Source: Eledone cirrhosa
Lineage: Eukaryota
Reading direction: 5' to 3'
DNA: 64,000 nt
NCBI GenBank assembly: GCA_964016885.1
Contig: OZ024763.1
Location: 20,708,001-20,772,000, forward strand
The notes beneath the pieces were generated by a model. That model did no database searches. It saw only the letters and a list, made by a program, of their open reading frames with translations, and was not told the DNA's origin. Each line of letters begins with the position of its first letter. The first letter of the stretch is position 1. The position numbers and the translations under genes are program-made. Of this stretch, positions 1-14,345 are shown in pieces.

Positions 1-149
1 AACAACAAATATGTATAAATATATATATGTGTGTGTATTTATATTGAAGCACTCATTGTAACCAAAGCTTGTCAGCCTATTTAGACTTTCCATACGTCTG
101 TGTTGATAATTTTTATAAATCATTTATACTAAATATAATTATAGGATTC

Positions 150-184
<35 letters not shown>

Positions 185-266
185 GTTTCTACTTTTGGCA
201 CAGGGCCAGCAAATTATCCAGTGCATTACTGGTAATATAATGAATCCTATTATATTTAGTATAAAT

Positions 267-298
<32 letters not shown>

Positions 299-352
299 GT
301 GTGTATGTGGGGGGTGGGGTGGGGTTATACTGGCCTTGCGCTTTTATATGTG

Positions 353-453
353 CAGGGTGTCCCCAAAAATGTATACACATTTTGATTACCTGTACAGTCA
401 TTCTTTATTAGAATGTTGTTGAAGTGTGTATAGATTCTTTTCGAGACACCCTG
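353..453. mobile_element. ~100-bp Tc1/mariner-type MITE (inverted copy at ~2019-2121)
   Basis: TIR CAGGGTGTC...GACACCCTG in a TA/TG context. Confidence 0.7.
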
Positions 454-459
454 TGTATA

Positions 460-510
<51 letters not shown>

Positions 511-672
511 GTGGGAGGTGAGTTTTATTGTAGTACAATAAAGCAATGCAGATATCGGATAAGAAGCACTCTACAGTTTGTAGGACTGGAGTATACATAA
601 TATATAAGATCTTATATATTATATATATATATGTATATATATAATATACGTACATACATACACACATACACG

Positions 673-703
<31 letters not shown>

Positions 704-1897
704 GTCTTGTGCCTACGATTATATCTATACAGTATATATCCATATATATATAACCTGGTTTTGTTTGATGTATACACATTTATTTTTATATATAACCCTG
801 ATCAAGTATGGAGTCACCACATCTTTTAATATTGTCATTTATGGTTCCTTCAAATTTTACTTACTGACATTAATATCGCCGCCTCTATCTCTCCCTTTCT
901 TTCTCTCTCTCTATATATATATTTACACGCATGTATATATATTTGCATGCGTGTATGTATATATCTAAAATTAATTACAAATACGACCTATTACTTGCAG
1001 CCAAATAATTTAGTTGTCATGTATAAACACACATTTCGCGTATTACAAAGTGGTCGAAAATAGGGGGTGTTGTCTGACGTATAATGTTTACCTAAAACCG
1101 AACCCTCATTTTATGTGCTAGCTTTAGTCTTCTGTGTTGAAAATTTTCCTTTTATTTTTTCTGAAACGATGTTAAATCTTTTGGGGTACTCCTCATCAAT
1201 TAGGGTCCCTAGAAGAACCAGGGGGAAATAATCACCATTAAGCCATTTTTTCGCCTGTCCCCTAAAACTACTAGGATCGGATTGGAAATTTATAAATTTC
1301 TCTTTAATCGGGATTGATGTAAATAAAATATATAAATGTTATCTCGGAAAAATAAACATACATACAAACACAAACACACACACACGCAGACACAATTGTG
1401 TATATATATATAAATTGATTAATAAATATTTATTTAGTTTAGTTTAAGGGACAGCATAAGTGTTTATCCATTTCAAAGCGTAGGGTAATGATTAGAAATA
1501 TGATTACGTAAATTGTTGTGTATGTATGTGTCTGTGCTTGTATTTATGAGTATGTATGTATATATGTATGTGTATAATTCATGACATGAATTCATGAAAT
1601 TGACTTCGTTAAGTGGTTGTTTTGCACTCTACGTATTCTTTCCAAGCTGTTAATTAAGTCTTATTTTATTTACATAACGCCCCGATTACTTCCCCTTGGT
1701 TCTTCTTCTTTCATGCCCCCGCCGACCCCGTATAATAATTGTAGCTAGCTGTGTGTACCAAGAACCAGCAGATTATTAAATATATCGTTAATAATCTAAC
1801 TGTGAACACACCTCAATGATGTTCTCGTATTATATATATTTATTCCAAAGACGATTATAATGTCACTATCTTCTCTCTCGCTCTCTCTCTTTTTTTT

Positions 1898-1930
<33 letters not shown>

Positions 1931-1985
1931 TTATATCTATATCTCTCTATATAAACACACATACTTGTGTGTATATCATTACTAT

Positions 1986-2020
<35 letters not shown>

Positions 2021-2122
2021 GGGTGATCCCCCCCAAAAAGGTATACACACTTCAACAGCATTCTAATAAATATTACCTATATAGGTAATCAAAGTGTGTA
2101 TGCATTTTTTGTAACACACTGA

Positions 2123-2172
<50 letters not shown>

Positions 2173-2254
2173 CCAGCAACTATCGGAACACCCTGTGTAT
2201 ATATATATATATATGCCAGCAACTATCGGACTATCGGAACACCCTGTATGTATG

Positions 2255-2306
<52 letters not shown>

Positions 2307-2633
2307 GCAACTATTTGTATACCTGTAGTGTGTGTGTGTTTGAATATATAATTATTTCAGTACGCGTATTGATAAGGCGGTATATCTGCCTGTCAGTATA
2401 TTATTTGATAATCGATGAATCGCTTGCAGTTCATCACATTCTCACACCTTTTTAGCAACATAAAATCTCATTTTCACTAACACTCCAATAATTTCATACC
2501 TCACCAATATAATTTAAAGATCCACTTGAAACAAATTCTAACTGGTCATACACATACGGATAAATAAAAGTGTTTATATATATATATATATATATATATA
2601 GTTAAAAGAATAGAGGTGTAACACACAAGTTAT

Positions 2634-2951
2634 TATATATTGGTAAACGGAATAGAAAATGCTGACAAATTGTTCACAGTTGAAAAATGGTTTAATTAGG
2701 AATAAAAGAGTATTAGTGATTGTATGGGTTAGTATTCAGTTGTGGTTTTAAGTTTTTAAGTTTTTACCGGTTGCGCATTTCTAAATGCTTTTCAAAAATA
2801 ATTTTGAGATAGAGTGTCTGTGCTGTTTGCTCTGATCTGAAACTTAAAACCACAACTGAATACGAACCCATACAATCACTAATACTCTTTTATTCCTAAT
2901 TAAACCATTTTTCAACTGTGAACAATTTGTCAGCATTTTCTATTCCGTTTA

Positions 2952-2961
<10 letters not shown>
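2634..2961. repeat. Fold-back element, ~120-bp arms (to 2755 / from 2840), 84-nt loop
   Basis: The arms are reverse complements with one mismatch seen, and are embedded in (TA)n. Confidence 0.88.
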
Positions 2962-3009
<48 letters not shown>

Positions 3010-3013
<4 letters not shown>

Positions 3014-3100
3014 CAACAGTGACATAAACAGATACTTAAGTTTCGTTGGGTTCTGGACCCTAACCTCATTCACCTTGACTATTTCTACCAAACTTTTACA
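3010..3100 (-). mobile_element. Truncated second copy of the 46.1-kb hammerhead-bearing element
   Basis: Minus strand TGAATGAGGTTAGGGTCCAGAACCCAACGAAACTTAAGTATCTGT, joined to an inverted end piece AAAAGTTTGGTAGAAATA that is also seen at 46033. Confidence 0.75.
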
Positions 3101-4879
3101 ACAATATATATATATATATATATAAATAGTGTGTGTGTGTGTATTTATGTATATATTCCTGCGGTGCCGTGTCCTTGAGCAAGACACTTTATTTTACGTT
3201 GCTCTAGTACAATCAGCTGGCAAAATTGCGATCGTAGCAGATATTTCGAAGGGGCCCAGTCTTGTCATAGTCTGTGTCACGCTGAATCTCCCTGAGAACT
3301 TACGTTAAGAGTACGCGTGTCTGTGGAATGTTTGCTCCAGCCGCTTGCCTGTTAATTTCACGAGCGGGCTGTTGTTTCCGTTAATCGTACCAACCGGAAC
3401 ACACGTCTTCGTCGTAACCGACGGAGTACCAGTTTATATGTATATATATATATACGTGTGCGTGTGAGTATATATATATATATATATATATATCGTTCGT
3501 GCTATTGACTTTATATATGTTATTGACCTTATATATGTTGTTATACGGAATGTCAAATATGCCACGCTGATTCAGCTCGTGAATTAGGTTATATGTCCAC
3601 GTGTCTGTGCGAGACTCGGTCAGTTACACTGTAATACGTTGTACCTTCAACTTAAAGGTCCAACCTTGTCACATATTGTGTCACTGTATGTTAGCTTGGG
3701 GACTATTTTATCGGTCCACGTGTCTGTGGGAGGCTCATTCAGTCATGCTGTAATACAAGAGGGTTTGTACCTTCAATTTAAAGAACCAACCTTGTCACAT
3801 ATTGTCACTGTTAGCTTGGGAACTATTTTATGGGTCCACGTGTCTGTGGAGGACTCAGTCATACTGTAATTCAAGATTGATTCATCATCATCATTGTTTA
3901 ACGTCCATTTTCCACTCTAGCATGGGTTACACGGTTTGTCCCATTTGAGCTTAGTTGGGTCAGGTGACTGTGTCTTTCTCATACAGGACTGTTTCTGGGC
4001 AGATTTCTACGATTGGATGCCCTTCCTAATGCTAATGCCAACCACGCTTACTGTGTATGATGGGTGCTTTTTGTCGTGACACCTACACGACCACGTCACA
4101 GTGTGGACTGGGTGATTTTTGTCATGACACCTACATGACCACTTTACAGTGTGTGCTGGGAGCTTTTTGTTGTGACACCTACACGACCATCTTGCAGTGT
4201 GTGCTGTGTGCTTTTTGTTGTGACACCTACATAACCACTTTACAGTGTGGACTGGGGAGTTTTTGTCATAACACCTACACAACCACTTTACAGAGTGGGC
4301 TAGATGTTTTTTGTCGTGACTCCTACACAACCACTTTACAGTGTGCACTGGATGTTTTTGTGATACCAAAAAACCTTTACAGTGTGAGGGTGGTGTATGG
4401 AAAGAGGTATAGTAGATTAAGAGGGGCCTACTGGATGTTTGTTTGAGTCCATGTGCGTGCATTGAAGGTGAGTCTTCTGTATTACTGTATAATGCCAAAG
4501 ATCTTGCATAAGGTCCAGTTTTGTCACATATTGTATCACTGACTGTTACCTCGGGAACTATTTTATAAGTCCTCGGGTCATACTGTAATACAAAATAGAT
4601 TGTACCTGCAATTTAAAGGTCCTGTTTTGTCACATTATGTCACTGTGTGTTAGCTTGGGAACTTTAAAGGTCCATCTAGATTTTTCACATTTTATGTCAC
4701 TGTGTGTTTGCTTGGGAACTGTTTTATGGGTACATATATCTGTGGAGGAACTACTAATGTTTGTGCCCGTTGCCGTCTCATCATATATGCCAACTTCCTG
4801 TTATTTTTTGTTCATTTAAGTGTTTATATTAACTCATTGGACTGTGTAAAATGGTTGAGTAAGTGTGTATATGTGTGAT

Positions 4880-5025
4880 GTCCGAACGAGTATCCGCCAC
4901 CTTCAACTAACTTACTCATCACCTCTCGGCCCCGACGTCCGAAAGAATATCCTCCACCTTCAACTAACTTACTCTTCACCTCTTGGTCCCGACATCCGAG
5001 CGAGTATCCTCCACCTTCAACTATC
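4880..5025. repeat. ~57-bp tandem repeat, about 3 copies
   Basis: CCGA..GAGTATCC.CCACCTTCAACTAACTTACTC.TCACCTCT.GG.CCCGAC repeated. Confidence 0.8.
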
Positions 5026-5179
5026 TTATCGTCCACCTCATGGTCCCGGCTGACAGGATGGAGGAGAATACATTACCCCGGAGGACGGTGAGGGAGACAT
5101 GCTGGAATAGCCACACCACCTCTCTTGGTTTGCATTTGAGGACAACCTACTCCGCTCCGATAGAAGTAAGCAGAGATGT

Positions 5180-5520
5180 GGTCCAGGATGCTACATACTG
5201 TGACACCTTCTCTAGCAGCAACATGGTGCATTCGGCTACCAGCCCAAGTTTTATTGCTCACCAGGCCAAAGAGGGCAAACTGTTCAAGTATTGGCTGCTG
5301 ACTGATAGGTTTGTGGTAGACCTGTAGCAGTGGAGACTTCCGGGGTTCTTGACCCCCAGACCACCCTATTCTCTGATAGGTTTATTGTAGAACCTGCAGC
5401 AGTGGAGACTTCCAGCGTTCTTGGCCCCCGGACTACATAGAGGGTAAATTCATGGTCAGCTGCTCTCTGATAGGTTTGTGGTAGAGCCTGTAGCAATGGA
5501 GACTTCCTGGGGTCTTGCCC
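5180..5520 (+). mobile_element. Remnant of an RLE-type (CRE-like) non-LTR retrotransposon C-terminus
   Basis: DATYCDTFSSS...AHQAKEGKLFKY..LTDRF..PVAVETSGVL resembles the WDAT..DT...K..KY...PVAVET.G..G endonuclease tail. The last motif is repeated three times. Confidence 0.6.
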
Positions 5521-5559
5521 TCTCCACCCCCAGAGGCCTTTTCCTATTATTATGTAGAA

Positions 5560-5706
5560 CAGGGTCTCCCAAACATTTTCAAAGGCAGAACCCTTTTTCT
5601 TTCAGAAACTTTTCGGGGAACCCCAAAGTCTAATACTGTTATATGGTAGTAAATATAAATATACTCCTCTACCTTTTTTTCATGGAACCCACTTTGGAAA
5701 CCACTG
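5560..5706. mobile_element. hAT MITE (family copy at 27092-27252)
   Basis: CAGGGTCTCCCAAAC...TTTGGAAACCACTG with degenerate 8-bp TSD ATGTAGAA/CTGTAGAG. Confidence 0.75.
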
Positions 5707-6789
5707 CTGTAGAGTATCTAGTTTCAATTTGCTCCCTTCTTCCTGTTCTTTGTTCTTCAAATCCTGTCAAAATCTATGAAAGGTTTCTTCCTTATGTCTC
5801 TACTTTCATATACAGTATGACAGTGTGTTGCGGCTGTAAGGTTTGTTTATATTCCTGAATTCCTTTTCAAGATGTACTGATGAGGTTTCTAATTTAACCC
5901 CTTATCATTTTCATTACTTTATATATACCATTGTATTTTCACAGTAAAGGTTTTATCTCACAAAATATTGAATCTATGAGATTTTGATATTTATTTTGAG
6001 AACAATACCTTAACATCAGTATGAGCAGCCAGTTTGAACAGAAAGAGGTGAGAGAATTCTGGTTGGATATGACCAGTTTAATTGCTAAAGGATTAAACAT
6101 GTGTATATCGTCATTGTATAATATTTTTCTCCTTTGGTTTTCCTTGTTGTTCCTCATATCATCATTTAATATCTGCTTTCTCTGCTAGAAAGGGTTGGAC
6201 GGGTCTACATAGATTAAGTCAGTACTGAATCAGTGCCTACTGATCTCCCAAACAGGGATCTGTCATCTCGCTCATGTACAGTTACTATACGGTTACTATA
6301 TAAGTGAAGGCACGTGGCTGTGTGGTTAAGGTATTTGGCTCTCAATCGTAAAGTCATGAGTTCGATACCTGGTGGTGTGTTGTGTCCTTGAGCAAGACAC
6401 TTTATTTCACGTTCCAAAAATGAGTTCTACCTGGAATTTAAAGGGCCAGCCTTGTCGCGCTGAATCTCCCTGAGAACTATGTTAAGAGTAAGTGTGTCTG
6501 TGGAATGTTCAGCCACTTGCACATTAATTTCACGAGCACGCTGTTCTGATGATTGGTTCAATTGGAACACCCGTCGTCGTAACCAATGGAGTGCTTCTGT
6601 ACTATATAATATGATGGGCTTTTTGTACAACATCTGTCTACTAATTCCACTCCCATGACATTGACCCACTGCAGGCTACAGTAGAAGACATTTACAGAAG
6701 GTGCCAAACAGTGGAATCAAGCTTCTTTACCGAACAGTTATATCTGTGAAAACTTGTATGTTTTGCCACGAGAAATTGTCACCATGTAT

Positions 6790-7442
6790 AGAGTAAGTCG
6801 CCAACTTACCAATTCCTAGGGGTCATTCATTAGTTGATTTGTTCATAAGTTGATTGTCAAATACAGTACGTACCAGTAAGCCCATATATGTTACATTGAT
6901 ACTGCAGGCATCTATATGAGTGATATATATATATATACAGTATATGGAGGTATATATAACATAATCATGAAGTTAACCCTTTAGCATTTACATTACTCTA
7001 TATTTACTATTGTATTTTCATGGTAAAGGCTTTACCTCACATAATCTCAAATCTATGAGATTTTGATATTATTTATTTTGAGAACAATACCTTAACATCA
7101 GTATGAGTGGCCAATTATGGCTATAGAAAGAGTTGAGAGAATTCTGGTTGGCTACGGCAGGTTTAAATACTAAAGTGTTAAATACTGTAAAGGCGATGAC
7201 AATACATTGTTAAAGAAAAAAAGTACTTTTTCAATTATGTGAAAGCAAAATGGAATCCAATAACATAGGTACATTTTCGGCTTGTTTTTATGCTGCAAAA
7301 GAAGGAACCCAGGGTCTAGAAGAGCCCACAAAAACACGAATGTCAAACTCAGACAAATTAAAAAAAATTTTTTTATAAAAATGTTCATATCTGCAGAACT
7401 TCGTTCGTATGTAGGATGTTCATAAGGCGGGGACTTACTGTA
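6790..7442. mobile_element. Tigger/pogo-like non-autonomous element with a nested piggyBac-like MITE (~6974-7178)
   Basis: Ends are AGTAAGTCGCCAACTTA and TAAGGCGGGGACTTACTG-TA. Confidence 0.55.
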
Positions 7443-9249
7443 CTGTATTCTTCCATGTATTGCACACAATTGTGTATAACGTGCATCCCTTTTGGTGTAT
7501 AAACATTTAGTTATGGTGTATACTGTGCATCCCAAAACAAGCCAGGAAAAAAAGTGAAAAAAACTGCTCAGTATACACAGAAGAACACAGTACATTGATA
7601 TCTCAACTTTGTTGTTATTTTACCGTTTTGTTCCGTGAATAATTTCATGTGCAGTTGCTAACTTACTTGTGCCGTTTGTTCTAAATCTAAATATGCATAG
7701 CAAGTTTACATTTTGTGTCAAATACTAGCATTTAAACCAGCCATATCCAGCCAGAATTCTCTCACCTCTTTCTGTTCAAACTGGCTGTAATTGACGTTAA
7801 AGTATTGTTCTCAAAATATGGTAGATTCGATATTATGTGATAAAGTGTTTACCACAAAAATACAACAGTATATATAGAGTAATGTAAATGCTAAAGTATT
7901 AAATGGTAAATGATTAACCCCTTAGCATTTAAACTAGTTGTATTTGGCCAGAATTCTGTCACCTCTTTCTGTTCAAACCGGCTGTAACTGGCCACTCATA
8001 CTGATATTAAGGTATTGTTCTCAAAATAAATGACTTTGAAATCTCGTAGATTTGATATTACGTGAGATAATTGTGTGAAGTAAAGCCTTTTGGGAGAAGG
8101 GAAAATCGATTGAATCGACCCAGTACGTTACTGGTATTTTATTTTATTGACTCCGTAAGGATGAAAGGCAAAGCTAACCTCGGCGGGATTTGAACTTAGA
8201 AAGTAAAGGGCCGCTACTCTATGCTGCAAAGCACGTCCAATGCTCTACCAATACTGTCAATCTATCGCTCTAAAAAAAAAAAAATTTCTGTTTTAGCCAC
8301 ATGGGCAGAAATTTTGGGAGAAGGGAAAATTAATTAAATGGACTCTATTCTGGCACTTTATTTTATTGACCCCGTAAGGATGAAAGGTAAAACTAACCTC
8401 AGCGGGATTTGAACTCAATTTGTATTGTTCCCAAAATAAATAACATCAAAATCTCGTAGATTCAATATTATGTAAGGTAATTATGTAAGATAAAGCCTTT
8501 ACCACAAAAATACAACCGTATATATAGAGTAATGTAAATGGTAAATGATGATTAACCCTTTAATGTTCAACCCGGCCAGAATTCTCTATCTCTTTCTGTT
8601 GAAACTGGCTGTAACTGGTTGCTCAAACTGATAATAATAATAATAATAATAATGAAATTATTGTGTACAGTGCTCAGGTGCACTACAACTCATCAAAGGT
8701 GCATGTATAGTACATAGAATAATGTACAAATGTCAGGAAAATGAACAGTGTACGAGTCATGATATAAGGTATTGTTCTCAAAATCTCATAGATTCGATAT
8801 TATGTGAGATAATTATGTGAAGTAAAGCCTTTACCATGAAAATATAATAGTATATATATAAAATAATGTGAATGCTAAAGGGTTAAAAAAATCTTGAAAC
8901 ACTCCTAAAATGTTATCAATAGTTCCATCACAAATGCTTCTCTGACCAGGAGAGTATCAAGCAGTGAGTTATAAAGAATTGTCTCAAAGATTTGTGCAGT
9001 TCTAAATCTGATTTTGTTAAAATAACCCTTGGTTTTACATCCTGTTTCCTTGCTTTGTATTTTTTTTTTTGCTATTACCAATATGTATGATATCTAGTCC
9101 TTTTGTTCTTCTATCATTTTTACTGTTTGTTTGTAAAATATGGCTACATTTATATATTAACAGGCTATGGCTGCATGTCACCTGATTACAGAAAACTTTT
9201 ATCATGTGACAAGATAATATCATGAGAATATAACAACAGGATTTTGGTA

Positions 9250-9995
9250 TTAACCCTTTTGTTACCAAACTGCCCCTGGTTCTACAATACAAAATTGTTT
9301 GTGTTAAAAATGTTTATATTTATCTAAAAACCATCCATCATAATTCTGAGTAAAAACTTTTATGTTCCAAACACCTGCTTAATAATGAGAAAGTTAGTTA
9401 TATTACTAAGTCCCTAAATCCCTTCAAATTTCATGATTATTTCAAAAATTACAATTTAACCCGTAACCCTTTTTTTTTTTTTTTTTCACCAAACCACCTC
9501 TGGAACTATAATAAAAACTGTTATAAAATATTTATATTCATCTAAAACCCTGCCATCATAATTCTGTGTAAGAATTTTTGCTGTTCCAAACACCAGCTTC
9601 ATAAGAAAGTTAGTTATCCTAAGTCCTTTCAAATTAGTTAGTTATCCTAAGTCCTTTCAAATTAGTTAGTTATCCTAAGTCCCTTCAAATTAGTTAGTTA
9701 TCCTAAATCCCTTCAAATTTCACGATTATTTTCAGAAATCCGAATTTAACCTTTTTCTTACCAAACCACCTTTGCAACAATGATAAAAAGTGCTTGTTAT
9801 AAAGTATTTATATTTATCTGAAACCCTTCCATCATAATTCTATGTAAGAACTTTTATGTTATGTTCCATACACCAGCTTAATATTGAGGAAATTAGTTAT
9901 ATTACTAAATCCTTAAATCCTTGAAATTTCGTGATTATTTAAAAAAAATTACAACCCTTAATTTCATGTAAGAACTTTTGTTATGTTCCAAAAAT
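9250..9995. repeat. Tandem degenerate copies of a second TTAA-CCCTTT MITE family
   Basis: About three repeats of TTAACCCTTT..TTACCAAAC...CCATCATAATTC...TTCCAAACACCAGCTTAATAATGAGAAAGTTAG. Relatives lie near 15030, 25050, 38250, 47510 and 55480. Confidence 0.6.
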
Positions 9996-11879
9996 ATTTA
10001 ATTTTTGCAGTCCAAGGTTGGTATGTTATTTATACTAGAATTACCAGATTTGTGAACAATCATGCCACCTAGGAAATTTGAGTTTTGATAAAAGAAGCCT
10101 TATAGTTAATGTTGATTACTGACATGGAGAAGTGATTAAAGATAAGAATGATATTTAAATAATTTATTTCATTATCATCATTATTATTACCGTTAAATGT
10201 CTATTTTCCATGTTTGCACGAGTTAGCTGGTTTATTGCATTCTGAGGTTAGATAGATCAGGTGACCAAATCTTGCTCGTTTGTTCAGTTTTTGACTTGGT
10301 TTCTATGGCTGGATGCCCTTTCTAACACCATTTCTAGGATATAATTACATAAATGTTCAGCATCTATATATAAATTTAAGCGACTTCTGCCTGTCCTTCC
10401 CTTACACACATGTTCAGCATATGTACAAATGACATAACAGAATTAAGTGTATAAGCAACTTTGTGAAATGTAAGGTTAGAATCTGGAAAGGGCTGATTTT
10501 TAGATGGGACCAGTGAAGCAAAGTTTCCAGTGGTCTCTCCATTGCTGATATTATTTGTCGATCAAGGGTTAGAGCCTAGAGTCTTTGTATATTTTAAAGT
10601 ATAGATTTAAAGTTATAGGAAGTGTTTTTTATTAGAAATATGGCTGGGAAAGGGTTAATATTTGATTTTAATTCATAATAAAGAAGAAAGAATTAAGAAA
10701 CAAAAAAAAAAAACCCTTGAGAAATGGAGGTGCCCCAGCTTGGCCTCAGCCAGTTGGCTGAAACTGGTAAAAAAATAAATGTCAAATAAAAGGTGCAAAT
10801 CTCTTCTCTTCATTAACCGTTTAACATTTAAACCGGCCATATCTGACCAGAATTCTCAGACTCAATATTATGTGAGACAAAGCCTTTACTGTGAAAATAC
10901 AATAGTATATATAATGTGAATGCTAAAGGATTAAGAAAGACTAAGCAGAAGAGGCTATGGGCTTGCTTAGTCCTTGGTTCATCTGAAAATTGTCTTGTGG
11001 CATCAACAGCTCTTGAGCTCTTGTTTGTGCATATGGAATGTTTTATTTTTCCTATTGTTCTTTTTACCATAGTTGAACAGTAGATAGTATCAGCAATGGA
11101 AAGACCAATGGAAACATTGTTTCCTTGGTCTGATTTGACGAGTTCTACCTCACTTAGTAAGCAAATAAGGTTTGAGATTAATTGATCGTATAGGATGTTA
11201 GTAAAAGAAAATACTAGCATATTTGAAATGTATGTTAGCTTTGTTGTGATTTCAATACTATCACTTTACAGGGTAGACTGGGTCCTTTGTTGTCATGACT
11301 CCAGCACTCTCACCTCACAGAGTGGACTGGATGCTTTGTTGCCGTGACTCCAGCACTACCACCTTACAGGGTGGACTGGGTGCTTTGTTGTCGTGATTTC
11401 ATCACTACCACATTACGGTAGACTGGGTGCTTGTTGTCATGGCATCAACACAACCACTTTACAGGGTGAACTGGGTGCTTTTTTTTCGTGTCACCAGCAC
11501 AACCACCTTACAGGGTGAACTGGGTGCTTTTTTTCATGTCACCAGCATAATCACTTTATACACTATATACACAAATATTTTGTACAGAAGCACATACCTT
11601 TCAAACAAGGAAATAATGACATTTTGAGCATTGATGCTGACTTTACGCAAAGAAAAATAAAGTATAGTTTTGCTTATATTATTTTAAAATATCAGCAAAC
11701 TCTTTCTCTCCTTACGAATAACATTTATTTGGAGTCACAAAGAACAGTCCTACCCAAACAGAGGTTGGTCAAGAAACAAAAAGTATCAGAAAAGAAAAGG
11801 AGGAAGAGAAACCCACAGAGAAGTGGCAAGTCTGGACTAAAAGCATAAGAAATGCAACCAAATGATAACAACAAAGATA

Positions 11880-12816
11880 ATTCTGGCTATGGAAAGAGCA
11901 GTTGGAAGCAAGAGGACTGAGAGTGAACCTAGCTAAGACAAAAGTGTTGATGAGTAGAAAAGAGGACAAAACTCTGATTCCGTCAGGGAAATGGCCATGT
12001 TCGATATGCAGAAAAGGAACTGGCATAAATTCTATAAAATGCACACAATGCAGATCGTGGGTACACAAGAGATGTAGTGGGATAGCAGGCAAACTAACAG
12101 GTAGGGAGCAATACGTATGCAGTAGATGTACAGGGAAATTAGACAGTAGAAGTCGCATTGATAGACACATTTTTCAAATGCAGGTGGGTGCTATACAAGT
12201 GGTGGATAGCTTCCGGTACCTAGGAGATTAAATTAGCATGGGAGGGGGGTGTTCTGAGGCCATAGTATCTAGAATGACGGGTTGGAAAAAGTTTAGGGAG
12301 CTGCTTCCTCTGCTGACGAAGAAGGATTTCTCCCTGCATACGAAAGGCCGGTTATATGATGCCTGTGTGAGGAGCGCGATACTGCATGGTAGTGAGACAT
12401 GGGCAGCAACTGCAGAGGATATGCGACAGCTGGAGAGAAATGAGGCAAGCATGCTCTGTTGGATGTGCAATGTCAATGTGTGTGAATGACCCAGCATAAA
12501 TGTGTTGAGAGAGAAACTGTCTCTGAGAGGGATAGAACGTAGTGTGCGAGAGAGGAGACGGGTGGTATGGACATGTGATGCGCATGGAGGGTGACCGATG
12601 GGTGAAGAAGTGCCAGGAAATGACAGTTGAAGGAAGACGTAGTAGAGGTAGACCACGAAAAACATGGGCGGAGGTGGTGAGAACAGACCTCAGATCGCTG
12701 AAGCTCACGGTGGAGATGACAAAGGGCCGTGACAAGTGGAGAGATGCTGTGCTGAATAAGACCCGTCCCACCCTTGCAAGCAGGGAAAAGCGGACGTAAA
12801 ATGATGATGATGATGA
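11880..12816 (+). mobile_element. RTE LINE 3' fragment (frameshifted)
   Basis: GLRVNLAKTKV, KWPCSICRKG, RLYDACVRSAILHGSETW, WYGHVMR, RGRPRKTW, and a (TGA)n tail. Confidence 0.92.
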
Positions 12817-13914
12817 CGAAAGATAACATGAAATTCAGAATTCTAAGAAACCCCTTGTACAGAAAATGAAATTAATGTGAAGCAATGGATATTCATCATC
12901 TCTATAAAGTAGTTGTGTAGCTATCACGACAAAAAGCAGTAGTGTAGGTGCCATGATAAAAAGCACCCAGTCCACACTGCAAATGTGGAAGGGCATCCAG
13001 CTGTAGAAAATAAGCCAGAGACAGTTTTGTATGAGCAAGATACTGTCATCTGATCTGATTTGTTTCACAATGTGACAATTCATCTAACCCATGCTAGCAT
13101 GGAAAAATGGACGTTAAGCGGTGATGGATTGTGTCTTACTCATACAGAATCTGTTTTCCGTGCTAGCATGGGTTGGACAGATCTTCACAGATCAGTTAGT
13201 ACTCAAGCAGAGCGACAGAACTTCAGTTGGGCTGGAGGCCCAATATACGATCCTGTGTTCTACCATATGTATTTTATCATGGTATCAACATTCGGGAAGT
13301 TGTCATGTTCTTGGCATAGCTGAAGACTCCTCCTGACCCTTTGGCAAGTTTTCTATGGCTGGGTACCCTTCCTCTCATTAATCACTTCACAGTGTCCTAG
13401 GTGCAGACGGAGATCAGATAGACCCAGAACACAGGGTGACTTCATGTGTGAGGGTTCTGAGAAAAACAATACCTGACTATTGTGTCATACTTAGAGTTCA
13501 ACATCCAGAGGACATTGGAACCTTTCTTTTTAATTCATCCCAATCAAAGAATACTTTCTAATTTAGGCACCAGGTCAACAATTTGCGGGTAGGGGAAAGT
13601 CAATTACATCAAGCTCCAGTATGGGACTGGTACTTTATTTGAACATAAGGAAAATTTGGAAGGATTTAGTTATACAACTAACTTTCTCGTGATTAAGTTA
13701 GTGATTTAGCATTTAAACCAGCCATATCTGGCCAGAATTCTCTCACCTCTTTCTATTCAAACCTGTAACTGGTCATTCATACTGATATTAAGGTACTGTT
13801 CTCAAAATACATAACATCATCAAAATCTCATAGATTCCATATTATGTGAGATGAAGCCTTTACCATGAAAATATTACAGTAGAATAATGTTAAAGGGTTA
13901 AGGGATAGGAATTG

Positions 13915-14345
13915 GCAGTCGGTTATATGATGCCTGTGTGAGATGGGTGATGCTGCATGGTAGTGAGACATGGGCAGCAACTGCAGAAGATATGCAATGG
14001 TTGGAGAGAAATGAAGCAAGCTTGCTGTGAGATATGTGCAATGTCAATGTGCATGAACGACCAAGCATAGATGAGTTGAGAGTGAAACTGTATAAGACGG
14101 ATAAACTAGTTGTGCAGGAGAGAAGACTGCGTTGGTATGGCCATGTGATGCGCATGGAAGATGACCGCTGGGTGAAGAAGTGCCAAGAAATCCCAGTAGA
14201 AGCAAGACCACGAAAATCATGAGCGGAGGTGGTGAGAGCTGACTGCACATCACTGAAGCTTAGTGGAGAAGGGAGAGATGCTGAAGAAGACCTTTCTCAC
14301 TCTTGCAAGCAGGGAAAAGCGAACGTAAAATGATGATGATGATGT
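13915..14345 (+). mobile_element. RTE LINE 3' fragment
   Basis: Highly similar to 12350-12816. RRLRWYGHVMR and a (TGA)n tail. Confidence 0.9.

Noticed and set aside
183-2455. YI/IY-rich short ORFs
   Set aside because: Translations of (TA)n and (TG)n microsatellites.
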